Shown: positions 1 through 7,438 of the stretch, in pieces
How positions within the stretch are numbered: position 1 is the first letter of the stretch
Layout of the letters: every line of letters starts with the position of its first letter
Source: a bacterium
Lineage (GTDB): Bacteria; Zhuqueibacterota; Zhuqueibacteria; Oceanimicrobiales; Oceanimicrobiaceae
Direction: 5' to 3'
DNA: 11,995 nucleotides
Assembly (NCBI GenBank): GCA_046757165.1
Contig: JBHHXT010000151.1
Coordinates: forward strand, 1-11,995
Translations under genes and position numbers: made by a program
The notes under the pieces: model-generated
Databases searched by the model: none
What the model was told of the DNA's origin: nothing
Seen by the model: only the letters and a program-made list of their open reading frames with translations

Positions 1-3
1 GAG

Positions 4-17
4 CATTTCACTCCTTA
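4..17 (-). promoter_or_regulatory. Shine-Dalgarno plus ATG of a probable minus-strand gene running off the window edge
   Basis: Minus strand reads TAAGGAG-TGAA-ATG (SD 17..11, ATG 6..4). Spacing is short (4 nt) and only two codons are visible. Confidence 0.5.
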
Positions 18-124
18 CGTGGTGGCCCTTGTTAGTTAGGCGAGATTCATGAATTGTCGAGGTTAGAGATCGTGGAGATTCTGAGGGCAATCTTGCTTTG
101 AAATCTTGACCTGGCTGGAACGGC

Positions 125-171
125 GGGCCAAGCTGGCCCATCCTGGTTCAGACTCTGAACGAGTTTGAACC
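125..171. repeat. Two adjacent hairpins downstream of the HhH-barrel gene (REP-like or terminator-like)
   Basis: GGGCCA-agc-TGGCCC (125-139) and GGTTCAGACTC-tgaac-GAGTTTGAACC (145-171, 10/11 paired). No U-tract follows. Confidence 0.55.
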
Positions 172-193
172 TTCGTCTCCCATTTGCCTCCGG

Positions 194-2188
194 TCACAAT
201 GTCAACTCCACCTGCAATCCCCATCTCCGATCTCGATTGCCCATAATTCGATCCGCACCTGAGCCGATCACCTCCACGCCATCGCGAAACAATTCGGAGT
301 ATTTCACATAAAGCGCTGATTTGCGCAACGGTCGATACGCCAGCATGGCATACCAGCGCGTGCCGCGCCCATACAGCGCCCGGTTGGTCACCACGCCCGG
401 CAAATCGTTCTCATACTGAAAGACGCGTGAATCGAAGGAGTCCGTGTCGAAAAACGTGATGCGCGCGGCCAGGTCCAGGTGGGGCGTGGGTCGAAAACGA
501 ACGTCCTGATAAATCAGCATTCCGGTTTCATTTTGCACGCTCAGGTCACGGCCGAAGCCGTCGTACAGGGTTTGGAGAAACTCCACCCGCCCTCTAAGTC
601 GCAGTTCTTTGGAGAAGCGGTAGTCCAGTTGCAGCCGCAGTTGTCGCTGGCGGCGCGCAACGAAGCTCCTGATCTCACGGTCCAGCGGATCTTTGAATTT
701 CTGCGTGAGCTGTCGCGATTTTTCTCGATACCGTAGAACAACCCCAAGGCGCGATCCGAGTTTCTGTTCAACCTGTGCGAGAAAACCGTTGCCTTGTACG
801 GGCAACGGCTCGAAAAAGGTGCGCCAGGGAAAGGCATACGTGTCGTAATAGGCATCGATGATGGTTGTGCGGGTTGGCCTCACCTGAAGACCGGTGTAAA
901 AGCCCTTCTCGTTTTGCGTCGTTCCGTTCCGCTCCCCGAAGCCAAAACCGTGAAAATTCTGAAAATCTCTCTGGTAGTCGCGATAGAGAACAGCCAGCTG
1001 CACCGTGGGCCAATCGAGCCGCGTGCCGGCCAGAAATGCTGTGCCCGCGCTTTTCGAGCGGGCGAATTCACCGAAGAGCTCCAGCAGGCCGGAGGCATAG
1101 GTCCAGTCCAGACCCATGACGTGGTTGTCCTGGCCACGGAATTTGAACCGGTTTCTGACCAAATCGGGATCCTGAAACCGTTTATCAAATGAGGTATGAT
1201 AGAACGTGGCGCCGACCGTGAGGCCGCGCGGTGAAAGATATTGAAATCTGCCGCCAACGAGTGTCTCCTGCACAACGTCCTTCTTGCGTTTCTCATTATC
1301 GTTGCGGTGGAAGCCGCTGGTGAACAAGCTCGAAACTCCGTCCTTTGAAATCAGGGTGGCGTCCAGCCCATTTTGAGAGACGAAGCTCGATAGTTCGAAC
1401 CTGTCAGCGCGGAATGTCGCGGACGCTCCCAGCAAGGCAGCGTTTTCATCCACCGTGAGGTAGCCGCGTGCCCCACGTCCTCTTTTTCGAATCGGGTAGA
1501 TCGCGTCTGAGCTCTTTGAAAAGCCATACGGTCCCCAGAAGACCAGGCCCTGTCCGAACTGGAGCTGATAATTGCCCACTAACAAGGTCAGACGGTCTGT
1601 GACCGTCATGGTAAGGTAAAAGAGCCGGAGGTCGTCCAGTCGGTTTTCACCGCTGTCCTTTTCCAGCAGCACGCCGCCTGCGAACCTGTCCAGGAGGGCG
1701 AACCGGAAGCGATTGTAGAGTTTTGCGGCCGAGCTCTCATAGGTCCCGTCTTCAAAGCCGACCGGCTTGTCGATTCGGTTTGAAATCCTGGTGCGCCAGG
1801 CGAGGGCACTGTGGTGGGGTGCAGCCGGTTCGGTAGACTCAACGGTGACGATGCTGCTGAGGTACTCAAAGGTTTCGGCATCCATTCCGGGCAGGGCGCG
1901 CAGGTCTTCTTTAGAGCCGAACCGTCCGTTTTCTTGCCGGTAGCGGACGATCTCTTCTCTCAGACTCGGTGGCAGGCCCGGAATGGATCTGAGTTGTTCA
2001 CGCGTCGCGGTGTTCAGGTCGATTGGATTTCTTCGCAGCGCGGCCAGCAGCTCCACAAGTTCGGATTGTTCAGAGCTGTCTTTTTGCTCTTCGAGCAGGT
2101 GCTCCTCCAGAGTTTCCTGGCCCGCGGCCGGGGAGATTGAGCCTCGAATCAGGACGGCCAACACCAGAAACAGGGCGCGTTTTGGCAT
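194..2188 (-). CDS. Exported protein with N-terminal ComEA-like HhH domain and large predicted outer-membrane beta-barrel (~664 aa)
   Basis: ATG at 2188 (10 nt after the upstream stop) gives the signal peptide MPKRALFLVLAVLIRGSISPAAG-Q. Segment PIDLNTATREQLRSIPGL...IVRYRQENGRFGSKEDLRALPGM (~2026..1841) is ComEA-like. The remainder has many alternating amphipathic strands with aromatic residues and ends in a strand-like RWGLQVELTL. It resembles the ~680-aa HhH proteins of FCB-group bacteria. Confidence 0.82.
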   Translation of the reverse strand: MPKRALFLVLAVLIRGSISPAAGQETLEEHLLEEQKDSSEQSELVELLAALRRNPIDLNTATREQLRSIPGLPPSLREEIVRYRQENGRFGSKEDLRALPGMDAETFEYLSSIVTVESTEPAAPHHSALAWRTRISNRIDKPVGFEDGTYESSAAKLYNRFRFALLDRFAGGVLLEKDSGENRLDDLRLFYLTMTVTDRLTLLVGNYQLQFGQGLVFWGPYGFSKSSDAIYPIRKRGRGARGYLTVDENAALLGASATFRADRFELSSFVSQNGLDATLISKDGVSSLFTSGFHRNDNEKRKKDVVQETLVGGRFQYLSPRGLTVGATFYHTSFDKRFQDPDLVRNRFKFRGQDNHVMGLDWTYASGLLELFGEFARSKSAGTAFLAGTRLDWPTVQLAVLYRDYQRDFQNFHGFGFGERNGTTQNEKGFYTGLQVRPTRTTIIDAYYDTYAFPWRTFFEPLPVQGNGFLAQVEQKLGSRLGVVLRYREKSRQLTQKFKDPLDREIRSFVARRQRQLRLQLDYRFSKELRLRGRVEFLQTLYDGFGRDLSVQNETGMLIYQDVRFRPTPHLDLAARITFFDTDSFDSRVFQYENDLPGVVTNRALYGRGTRWYAMLAYRPLRKSALYVKYSELFRDGVEVIGSGADRIMGNRDRRWGLQVELTL

Positions 2189-2198
2189 GATCACGCCA

Positions 2199-3377
2199 TC
2201 ATTTGTTTGCAGACGGCTGCGGCGGGGCAGCGGTAACAAATTCTTTCAGCTTCTCGAGTTTCCCTGGCCCGATGCCTTTGACTTTGAGCAGGTCATTCAC
2301 GGTTTTGAACAGACCATTGGCGTGCCGGAATTGGATAATCGCTTGCGCTGTTTTGTCGCCGACCCCGGGTAGGGTTTTCAGCTCCTCCGCGGTTGCGGTG
2401 TTGAGATTGACTTTTCCCATGTGCCCGGGCGTCTTGGCGTCGAGGTTCTGTGCTGAGCGCTTTTGGTATTCTTCTGTTGCAACCGGAGATGGAGGTCGGG
2501 GCTCATTCTTCTGATCTTGTGCGCCAAAGGTGATCGAGAGCGACACCTGGTGCGTCAGACCCAGGTCGTTGTTGGAAAAGAAAGCGTAGTCGATGGTAAA
2601 GGAGCGAACCCTGACGCCAAATCCGGCTGTGAACCGGTCCGGATTGTCTGCCGCTCCGGTGCGAATGGCCAGGTTCTCGACAGGCCGATATTCAGCGCCA
2701 AACCGGAATTCCTCCTCGAAGCGCACATCTTTGAACAGCTCGAGGTTGATAATCAGCTCTGGCGCCGGAACAAGCGACAACCCGGTTGTGATGGTCTGCG
2801 GGAGCTGCTCGCCTGCCTGGCCGATCTGTGGTCGATTGAGATTTCTTGTGAAGACGCCCCAACGAACACGGGATGTGAACGGGACCACAAATCCCACGTC
2901 CAGGCCCAGGGCGCCGCTCGAGCCGTAGCCGTTTATCTCGAGCGTTTGATACCTGAGGGCCACGCCGTAATAGAGTTTGTGTCTAATCTGGTGACTCCAG
3001 GCCGCTGAGAATGTCTGCTCGGTGTAGAGACCGTTGCCGAGCGTGAGAATGCCCAGGCTGGCGCGGAAGCGTGAGACCGGCAACGTTGCCGCCAGGGAGC
3101 CAAAGTGAACGTCCTCCAGTCCGAATGGCTTTTGGTAGAACAGCGAGATTTCGATGCCAGAGAGCTGGCTCAGTCCGCCCGGGTTCAGAAAGACGGCATC
3201 TGCCGTGTTCGCCAGCGCCACGTAGGTGGCTCCCATGGCAAGGGAGCGCGCGCCCATGGGCGGAGCATCGAGTCCGGCATGAGCCGGCGCTGCCATGAGG
3301 AGACTCGAGCCGGCGCAGCAGATCGCGAGCATTCGTCGCGCCACAGCCAGTGCAGCAATTATTCCCTTGACAAACAT
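2199..3377 (-). CDS. FadL/PorV-like outer-membrane beta-barrel fused to a C-terminal ComEA HhH DNA-binding domain (start uncertain: 3377, 3344 GTG or 3332)
   Basis: Signal peptide ending AHA-G. GARSLAMGATYVALANTADAVFLNPGGL matches the FadL/PorV N-terminal hatch motif (GAR..MG....NPAGL). Beta strands run to THQVSLSITFG, followed by a P/Q/E-rich linker and a canonical ComEA domain KVNLNTATAEELKTLPGVGDKTAQAIIQFRHANGLFKTVNDLLKVKGIGPGKLEKL (~2414..2232). Confidence 0.85.
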   Translation of the reverse strand: MFVKGIIAALAVARRMLAICCAGSSLLMAAPAHAGLDAPPMGARSLAMGATYVALANTADAVFLNPGGLSQLSGIEISLFYQKPFGLEDVHFGSLAATLPVSRFRASLGILTLGNGLYTEQTFSAAWSHQIRHKLYYGVALRYQTLEINGYGSSGALGLDVGFVVPFTSRVRWGVFTRNLNRPQIGQAGEQLPQTITTGLSLVPAPELIINLELFKDVRFEEEFRFGAEYRPVENLAIRTGAADNPDRFTAGFGVRVRSFTIDYAFFSNNDLGLTHQVSLSITFGAQDQKNEPRPPSPVATEEYQKRSAQNLDAKTPGHMGKVNLNTATAEELKTLPGVGDKTAQAIIQFRHANGLFKTVNDLLKVKGIGPGKLEKLKEFVTAAPPQPSANK

Positions 3378-3396
3378 GGCACGTTTTGTTTATCTT
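3367..3396 (+). promoter_or_regulatory. Putative sigma70-type promoter for the DUF4835-like gene
   Basis: TTGACA (3367-3372), 18 nt, TATCTT (3391-3396). SD GGAGG at 3436-3440 precedes GTG 3450. Confidence 0.5.
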
Positions 3397-3449
3397 GATT
3401 TGTCCATTCAGTATGCTAGTCGTCCAACAAAACCTGGAGGTACCGAGCC

Positions 3450-4349
3450 GTGCGCTACCTTGACGCTGCTTGCAACAGAAGTTGTTTCGCCCGCCATGGA
3501 TGCGTCTTTGTCGCTGTTCTGCTCGCCTGTCTTGGCACCTCTGTGGCCTACGCGGGCAGCGTTACAGCTAAGGTACACGTCATCATCGACAAGCTGCCGG
3601 TGGACAAAGAGGAGAAGATGAAGGATTTTCACGCCGCTATCAAGGAGTATATCGAAGGTGTCGAATGGCTTGAAGATGATGATCGTATGCCCATCGAGAT
3701 TTCGCTGCAGCTTTTCTTGACCGAGATCGTTTCGAATGTCGAGGACCGATACAAATGCGAGTTTCTTATCTCGGGCACGGATGTGCAATACTTTGACAAG
3801 CGTGTGCGCTTTCCCTATCACCCGGGTGATTTGCTCGTTTACAATGAACAGTCTGTCGAGCCCCTGACGGCTGTGCTCAATTTCTACATCAATCTGATTC
3901 TCGGCAGTGAGCTCGACAAGGTTCGGGGGTTCGGCGGTGATGTCTACTACAACAAAGCGAGAAATTTCTCCGCGCTTGGAAAGTTTGTCCGCACCCAATT
4001 TATTTTTGGCTGGACCCAGCGCGAGGAATTGATCAAGCGCGTCTTTGTTGAACCTTTCATCACTTTCAGAAAAATGAAAGATTACTATTTTTACGCCCTG
4101 TACGTGCTTGAAGAAGAGAAGAATAAGCAAGAGGCCCGCGAAAACATCATGACTGCCTTAACGCTTATCGAAGACGTGTTGGAAAAAAAAGCGGACCTGG
4201 AAGAACCCAAACAGTTCTTAGACGCGCACTACCTCGAGATCATCGATATTTTCAAAGACTATGGCCATCGCAACGAAGTTTTCAAAAAGTTGATCAAACT
4301 CGACCCCGACCATAAGGAAGTCTATCAGCATCATATCACAGGTTCCTGA
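3450..4349 (+). CDS. DUF4835-family exported protein (family linked to the type IX secretion system in Bacteroidota)
   Basis: GTG start with GGAGG SD; signal peptide ending AYA-G. The segment DKRVRFPY...YNEQSVEPLTAVLNFYINLILGSELDKVRGFGGDVYYNKA...GW matches the recalled DUF4835 pattern (L..v..FY.y.ILG.d.D.f...GG..yy..A), and the length (~300 aa) fits. Confidence 0.7.
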   Translation: MRYLDAACNRSCFARHGCVFVAVLLACLGTSVAYAGSVTAKVHVIIDKLPVDKEEKMKDFHAAIKEYIEGVEWLEDDDRMPIEISLQLFLTEIVSNVEDRYKCEFLISGTDVQYFDKRVRFPYHPGDLLVYNEQSVEPLTAVLNFYINLILGSELDKVRGFGGDVYYNKARNFSALGKFVRTQFIFGWTQREELIKRVFVEPFITFRKMKDYYFYALYVLEEEKNKQEARENIMTALTLIEDVLEKKADLEEPKQFLDAHYLEIIDIFKDYGHRNEVFKKLIKLDPDHKEVYQHHITGS

Positions 4350-4358
4350 ACTCCGCAC

Positions 4359-5501
4359 TCACTCTTTGTACATCTTGACGACCGCTTTGCCGTCCTGGTC
4401 CATATAGCCGCGGTACATGCCTTTGGTGTTAAAGGTCATGTCGATGTTGCCGTCTCTGTCCATGGCAATAATTCCTCCTTTTCCCCCCAGTCTTTCCAGT
4501 TTTTCCAGGATGACTTTATCCGCCGCTTCTTGCAGCGAGAGCCCCTGGTAAGCCATGAGCGCGTGAACATCGTAGGCGACCAGCAAGCGCATGAAATACT
4601 CGCCGTCGCCGGTTGCAGAGACGGCGCACGTCTGGTTGTTTGCGTAGGTTCCGGCGCCGATGAGCGGAGAGTCGCCCACACGACCGTAGCTCTTGTTGGT
4701 CAATCCGCCGGTCGAAGTGCCGGCGGCCAGATTGCCGTCTTTGTCCAGCGCGACACATCCCACGGTGCCCCTTTCTTTTTCAGTGAATTGCAATTTGTCG
4801 CGCTCCTCCTGCCGGTCATTTGTTTGCTTTTCTTGCCGGGCCTGCTTCTCTTTGGCGCGCTGCAAACTCTGCCAGCGCCTCTCGGTGAAAAAGTAGTAGT
4901 TGGAGACTGTCTCAATGCCATGTTGCACGCCATAGTCTTCCGCCCCCTGTCCGACCATCATCACATGTGGCGACTTTTCGAGCACAAGGCGGGCCAGGCT
5001 GATGGGGTTCTTGATGTGCTTGACGCTGGCGACAGCCCCGGCCTGCAACGTTTTGCCGTCCATAATAGATGCATCCAGCTCGTTGGTGCCATCGCTCGTA
5101 AACACGGCCCCTTTGCCGGCGTTGAATAACGGGGAATCTTCCAGAATCTTGATGGTGGCCTCGACAGCATCAAAGCTTTTGCCGCCATTCTTCAGGATTT
5201 GGTATCCGGTCGCCAGCGCCTCTTCAAGCTCGAGCACGTACGCCTTTTCCAACTCTGGTGTCATTTTTTCCCTGGAGATCGTGCCGGCGCCGCCATGAAT
5301 CGCCAGACCAAATGGCGCCTCTGGTGCCGGCTGCGCCATGGTTTTGATTGGCAGCATGGAGGTGAGAGCCAGTACACCGGCCATAAGCGCTCGCCTCCTG
5401 CTCCCTTTCCTTAGTAATGATCCGTCATGCCGGCGAATTTTTGAACCCGTCTTTCCGATACAAAACGAAACCGTGCGGTGAAGAAAATGGTTCGGTCGCA
5501 T
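4359..5501 (-). CDS. iaaA: Isoaspartyl peptidase/L-asparaginase (Ntn-hydrolase, asparaginase_2 family) with N-terminal export signal, 380 aa
   Basis: Motifs LAIHGGAG, LEDSPLFNAGKGAVFT, ELDASIMDG, autoprocessing G|TVGCVALD (Thr codon 4766..4764), TSTGG, GRVGDSPLIGAG, SATGDGE. ATG 5501 has GGAGG 7 nt upstream. The ORF-track extension to 5693 runs through the promoter region and is rejected. Confidence 0.93.
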   Translation of the reverse strand: MRPNHFLHRTVSFCIGKTGSKIRRHDGSLLRKGSRRRALMAGVLALTSMLPIKTMAQPAPEAPFGLAIHGGAGTISREKMTPELEKAYVLELEEALATGYQILKNGGKSFDAVEATIKILEDSPLFNAGKGAVFTSDGTNELDASIMDGKTLQAGAVASVKHIKNPISLARLVLEKSPHVMMVGQGAEDYGVQHGIETVSNYYFFTERRWQSLQRAKEKQARQEKQTNDRQEERDKLQFTEKERGTVGCVALDKDGNLAAGTSTGGLTNKSYGRVGDSPLIGAGTYANNQTCAVSATGDGEYFMRLLVAYDVHALMAYQGLSLQEAADKVILEKLERLGGKGGIIAMDRDGNIDMTFNTKGMYRGYMDQDGKAVVKMYKE

Positions 5502-5582
5502 GATCACGCCTCCATCAGTTGGGCAACTATGGCAACTATTATGATGAGACAACATGGAGTTGAAGAGAAAGCCAATAACTAT

Positions 5583-5611
5583 AAAATAGCGATTCCATGC
5601 CTCAGTGTCAA
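5583..5611 (-). promoter_or_regulatory. Putative sigma70-type promoter for iaaA
   Basis: Minus strand: TTGACA (5611..5606), 17 nt, TATTTT (5588..5583). Confidence 0.6.
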
Positions 5612-5630
5612 GACGCGGAACAATTTTTTG

Positions 5631-5659
5631 TTGGATTTGTACCAGGATTGTGGTATATT
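5631..5659 (+). promoter_or_regulatory. Putative sigma70-type promoter (extended -10) for the TPR/lipoprotein operon
   Basis: TTGGAT (5631-5636), 17 nt, TATATT (5654-5659), with a TGn extension at 5651-5653. Confidence 0.6.
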
Positions 5660-5692
5660 TGTTCGTTTTACAACCTGGAGATCGAGCTTCCA

Positions 5693-7384
5693 ATGTTCAT
5701 GTCTAACACTTCTACACCTGTGCGCTACCTTGTCTTGATTCTTTCTGGCTTTGCCCTACTGAATGCGGGTGTGCGCGCTCAAACGGCGGAAAACAACCAG
5801 AGGAGCTATCATCCCAAAGCCGCGGATCTGGTCATCCAGGGTTCGATATATGAGCTGAAAGGCGAGTATGAAAAGGCGCTCAACGCCTTCAACGAGGCTC
5901 TGATCTACGAGCCGAACTCCGCCTCCATTTGCTACGCGGTCGCAAAAGATTATGTGCTGCTTGCGAAGCTCGAGACTGCGGTGCAGATGCTCAGAAGAAG
6001 CATCGCTCTCGATCCCGATTTCGTGGAAAGCCGGCGCTTGTTAGCGACCATCTACCACCGCAAGGGCCAGACCGAGCTCGCAGAAGAGCAATACCTGAAC
6101 ATCATACGCATCGATTCGGCCAACATCGATGCCCATCTGCAGTTGGGCGCGATTTACCGTTCCCAGGACAAGCACAAAAGGGCGGCGGCTCACTACGAAA
6201 CGCTCGTCGATATGGGACGGGCAGATAGCGAAATCCAGTTTCAATTGGGGAATCTCTACTTCCAGATCAAGGAATACGAAAGGGCTTATCAAACATTTCA
6301 TCAGTACATTCGCGACTATCCTGAAGTTGAACAAGGATACCTGGCCATCGGCGCGGTTCTGATTGCACAAAAGGATACCGTGGGTGCGATCGAATGGTAT
6401 GAGAGAACATACGAAGAAAACGAGCAGTTTCAAGCGGTACGGGAAGAGCTGGCAAATACCTTTATCGTCACCAAGAACTGGCAGGCCGCGATCAGGCTCT
6501 ATCGCGAGGCCATCGCAGCGGATACATCCGACATCCTGTCCCGGCTTCGGCTCGGCGACCTTTACCTCTTCAAGGGCGACACCTCCGACGCCATCTATGT
6601 TTTTCAGCAGTTGAGCGAGTCTGACCCGAAGGAATGGCGGGCTTACTACAAACTGGGGCAAATCTATTTCAGCGGCGGAAAATTCAAGGCCAGCATTCCC
6701 TATTTTGAACGAACGGTCGAGCTGAATCAGTCGTTGGCTGATCCGTGGTTCCGTCTCGGGCTTGCCCATCAACAAGAAGGGGACCTGGAGCGGGCCGAAG
6801 AGGATTATCGCAAGGCCCAGGCTCTGGCGCCGCAGCATCCGTGGACAAATTTCAATTTGGGCAACCTGCTCCTGGTGCGAAAAAAGACGGAAGCGGCAAT
6901 CGAGTTTCTGCTCAACGCGGTGAAGGGCGATCCGCAGAGCGCGGCTTTCGCCAGCACCCTGGCCGCCGCATACGATGCACTCAACGACCACGTAAGAAGT
7001 GAAGAGTACTACCGCAAAGCGCTCGAAATCGATCCCGACAATCCAACCATTCTCAACAACTATAGCTACAGTCTGGCCGAACGCAATGAAAGATTGGAGC
7101 AAGCGCTCACCATGGTTGAAAAGGCGCTGCAGAAGGAGCCGGGGAACGGCGCATTCCTGGATACCATCGGCTGGATCTATTACCGCCTGGATAATTATGA
7201 ACGCGCGCTGCAATACATCAAGAAGGCTGTGGAAGTGCGGGACGGCTCGGCCGAAGTCCTGGAGCATCTTGGCGATGTTTACGACAAGCTTGGTGAAAAC
7301 GAGCGGGCGACGCAATACTGGCAGCAGGCACGCGAGCTGGAGCCGGCGCGGCAAAGCGTCCTGATCAAACTGGGGATCAACTAA
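5693..7384 (+). CDS. Periplasmic multi-TPR protein (start uncertain: 5693, 5699 or GTG 5720)
   Basis: Signal peptide VRYLVLILSGFALLNAGVRA-Q followed by many ~34-aa TPR units (AYYKLGQIY, PWFRLGLAH, A...Y.KAL..DP). The C-terminal NNYSYSLAERNERLEQAL...FLDTIGWIYY...EHLGDVY is typical of envelope TPR proteins. The 5597 start lies upstream of the predicted promoter. Confidence 0.9.
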   Translation: MFMSNTSTPVRYLVLILSGFALLNAGVRAQTAENNQRSYHPKAADLVIQGSIYELKGEYEKALNAFNEALIYEPNSASICYAVAKDYVLLAKLETAVQMLRRSIALDPDFVESRRLLATIYHRKGQTELAEEQYLNIIRIDSANIDAHLQLGAIYRSQDKHKRAAAHYETLVDMGRADSEIQFQLGNLYFQIKEYERAYQTFHQYIRDYPEVEQGYLAIGAVLIAQKDTVGAIEWYERTYEENEQFQAVREELANTFIVTKNWQAAIRLYREAIAADTSDILSRLRLGDLYLFKGDTSDAIYVFQQLSESDPKEWRAYYKLGQIYFSGGKFKASIPYFERTVELNQSLADPWFRLGLAHQQEGDLERAEEDYRKAQALAPQHPWTNFNLGNLLLVRKKTEAAIEFLLNAVKGDPQSAAFASTLAAAYDALNDHVRSEEYYRKALEIDPDNPTILNNYSYSLAERNERLEQALTMVEKALQKEPGNGAFLDTIGWIYYRLDNYERALQYIKKAVEVRDGSAEVLEHLGDVYDKLGENERATQYWQQARELEPARQSVLIKLGIN

Positions 7385-7438
7385 ATCAGAAGCAAAACTG
7401 AATTCCTGAACCCAAGACGCCTGCGCCTCGAGTTACAT

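Noticed and set aside
4183..4190. A8 run in the DUF4835-like gene as a phase-variation or frameshift site
   Set aside because: A short run encoding Glu-Lys-Lys in an intact frame; nothing supports slippage.
5502..5693. N-terminal extensions of iaaA (to 5693) and of the TPR gene (from 5597)
   Set aside because: They overlap each other and cross the predicted divergent promoters; better starts with SD or signal peptide lie downstream.
6041..7354. 437-aa antisense ORF
   Set aside because: Shadow of the TPR gene on the opposite strand, with no recognisable motifs. The same applies to 3408..4130, 8624..9478, 10609..11268, 4530..5129 and the other short overlapping ORFs.
7382..7384. Stop-codon read-through fusing TPR and lipoprotein
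   Set aside because: The stop is TAA, the TPR protein ends at a natural position, and the downstream protein has its own lipobox, so separate translation is more plausible.
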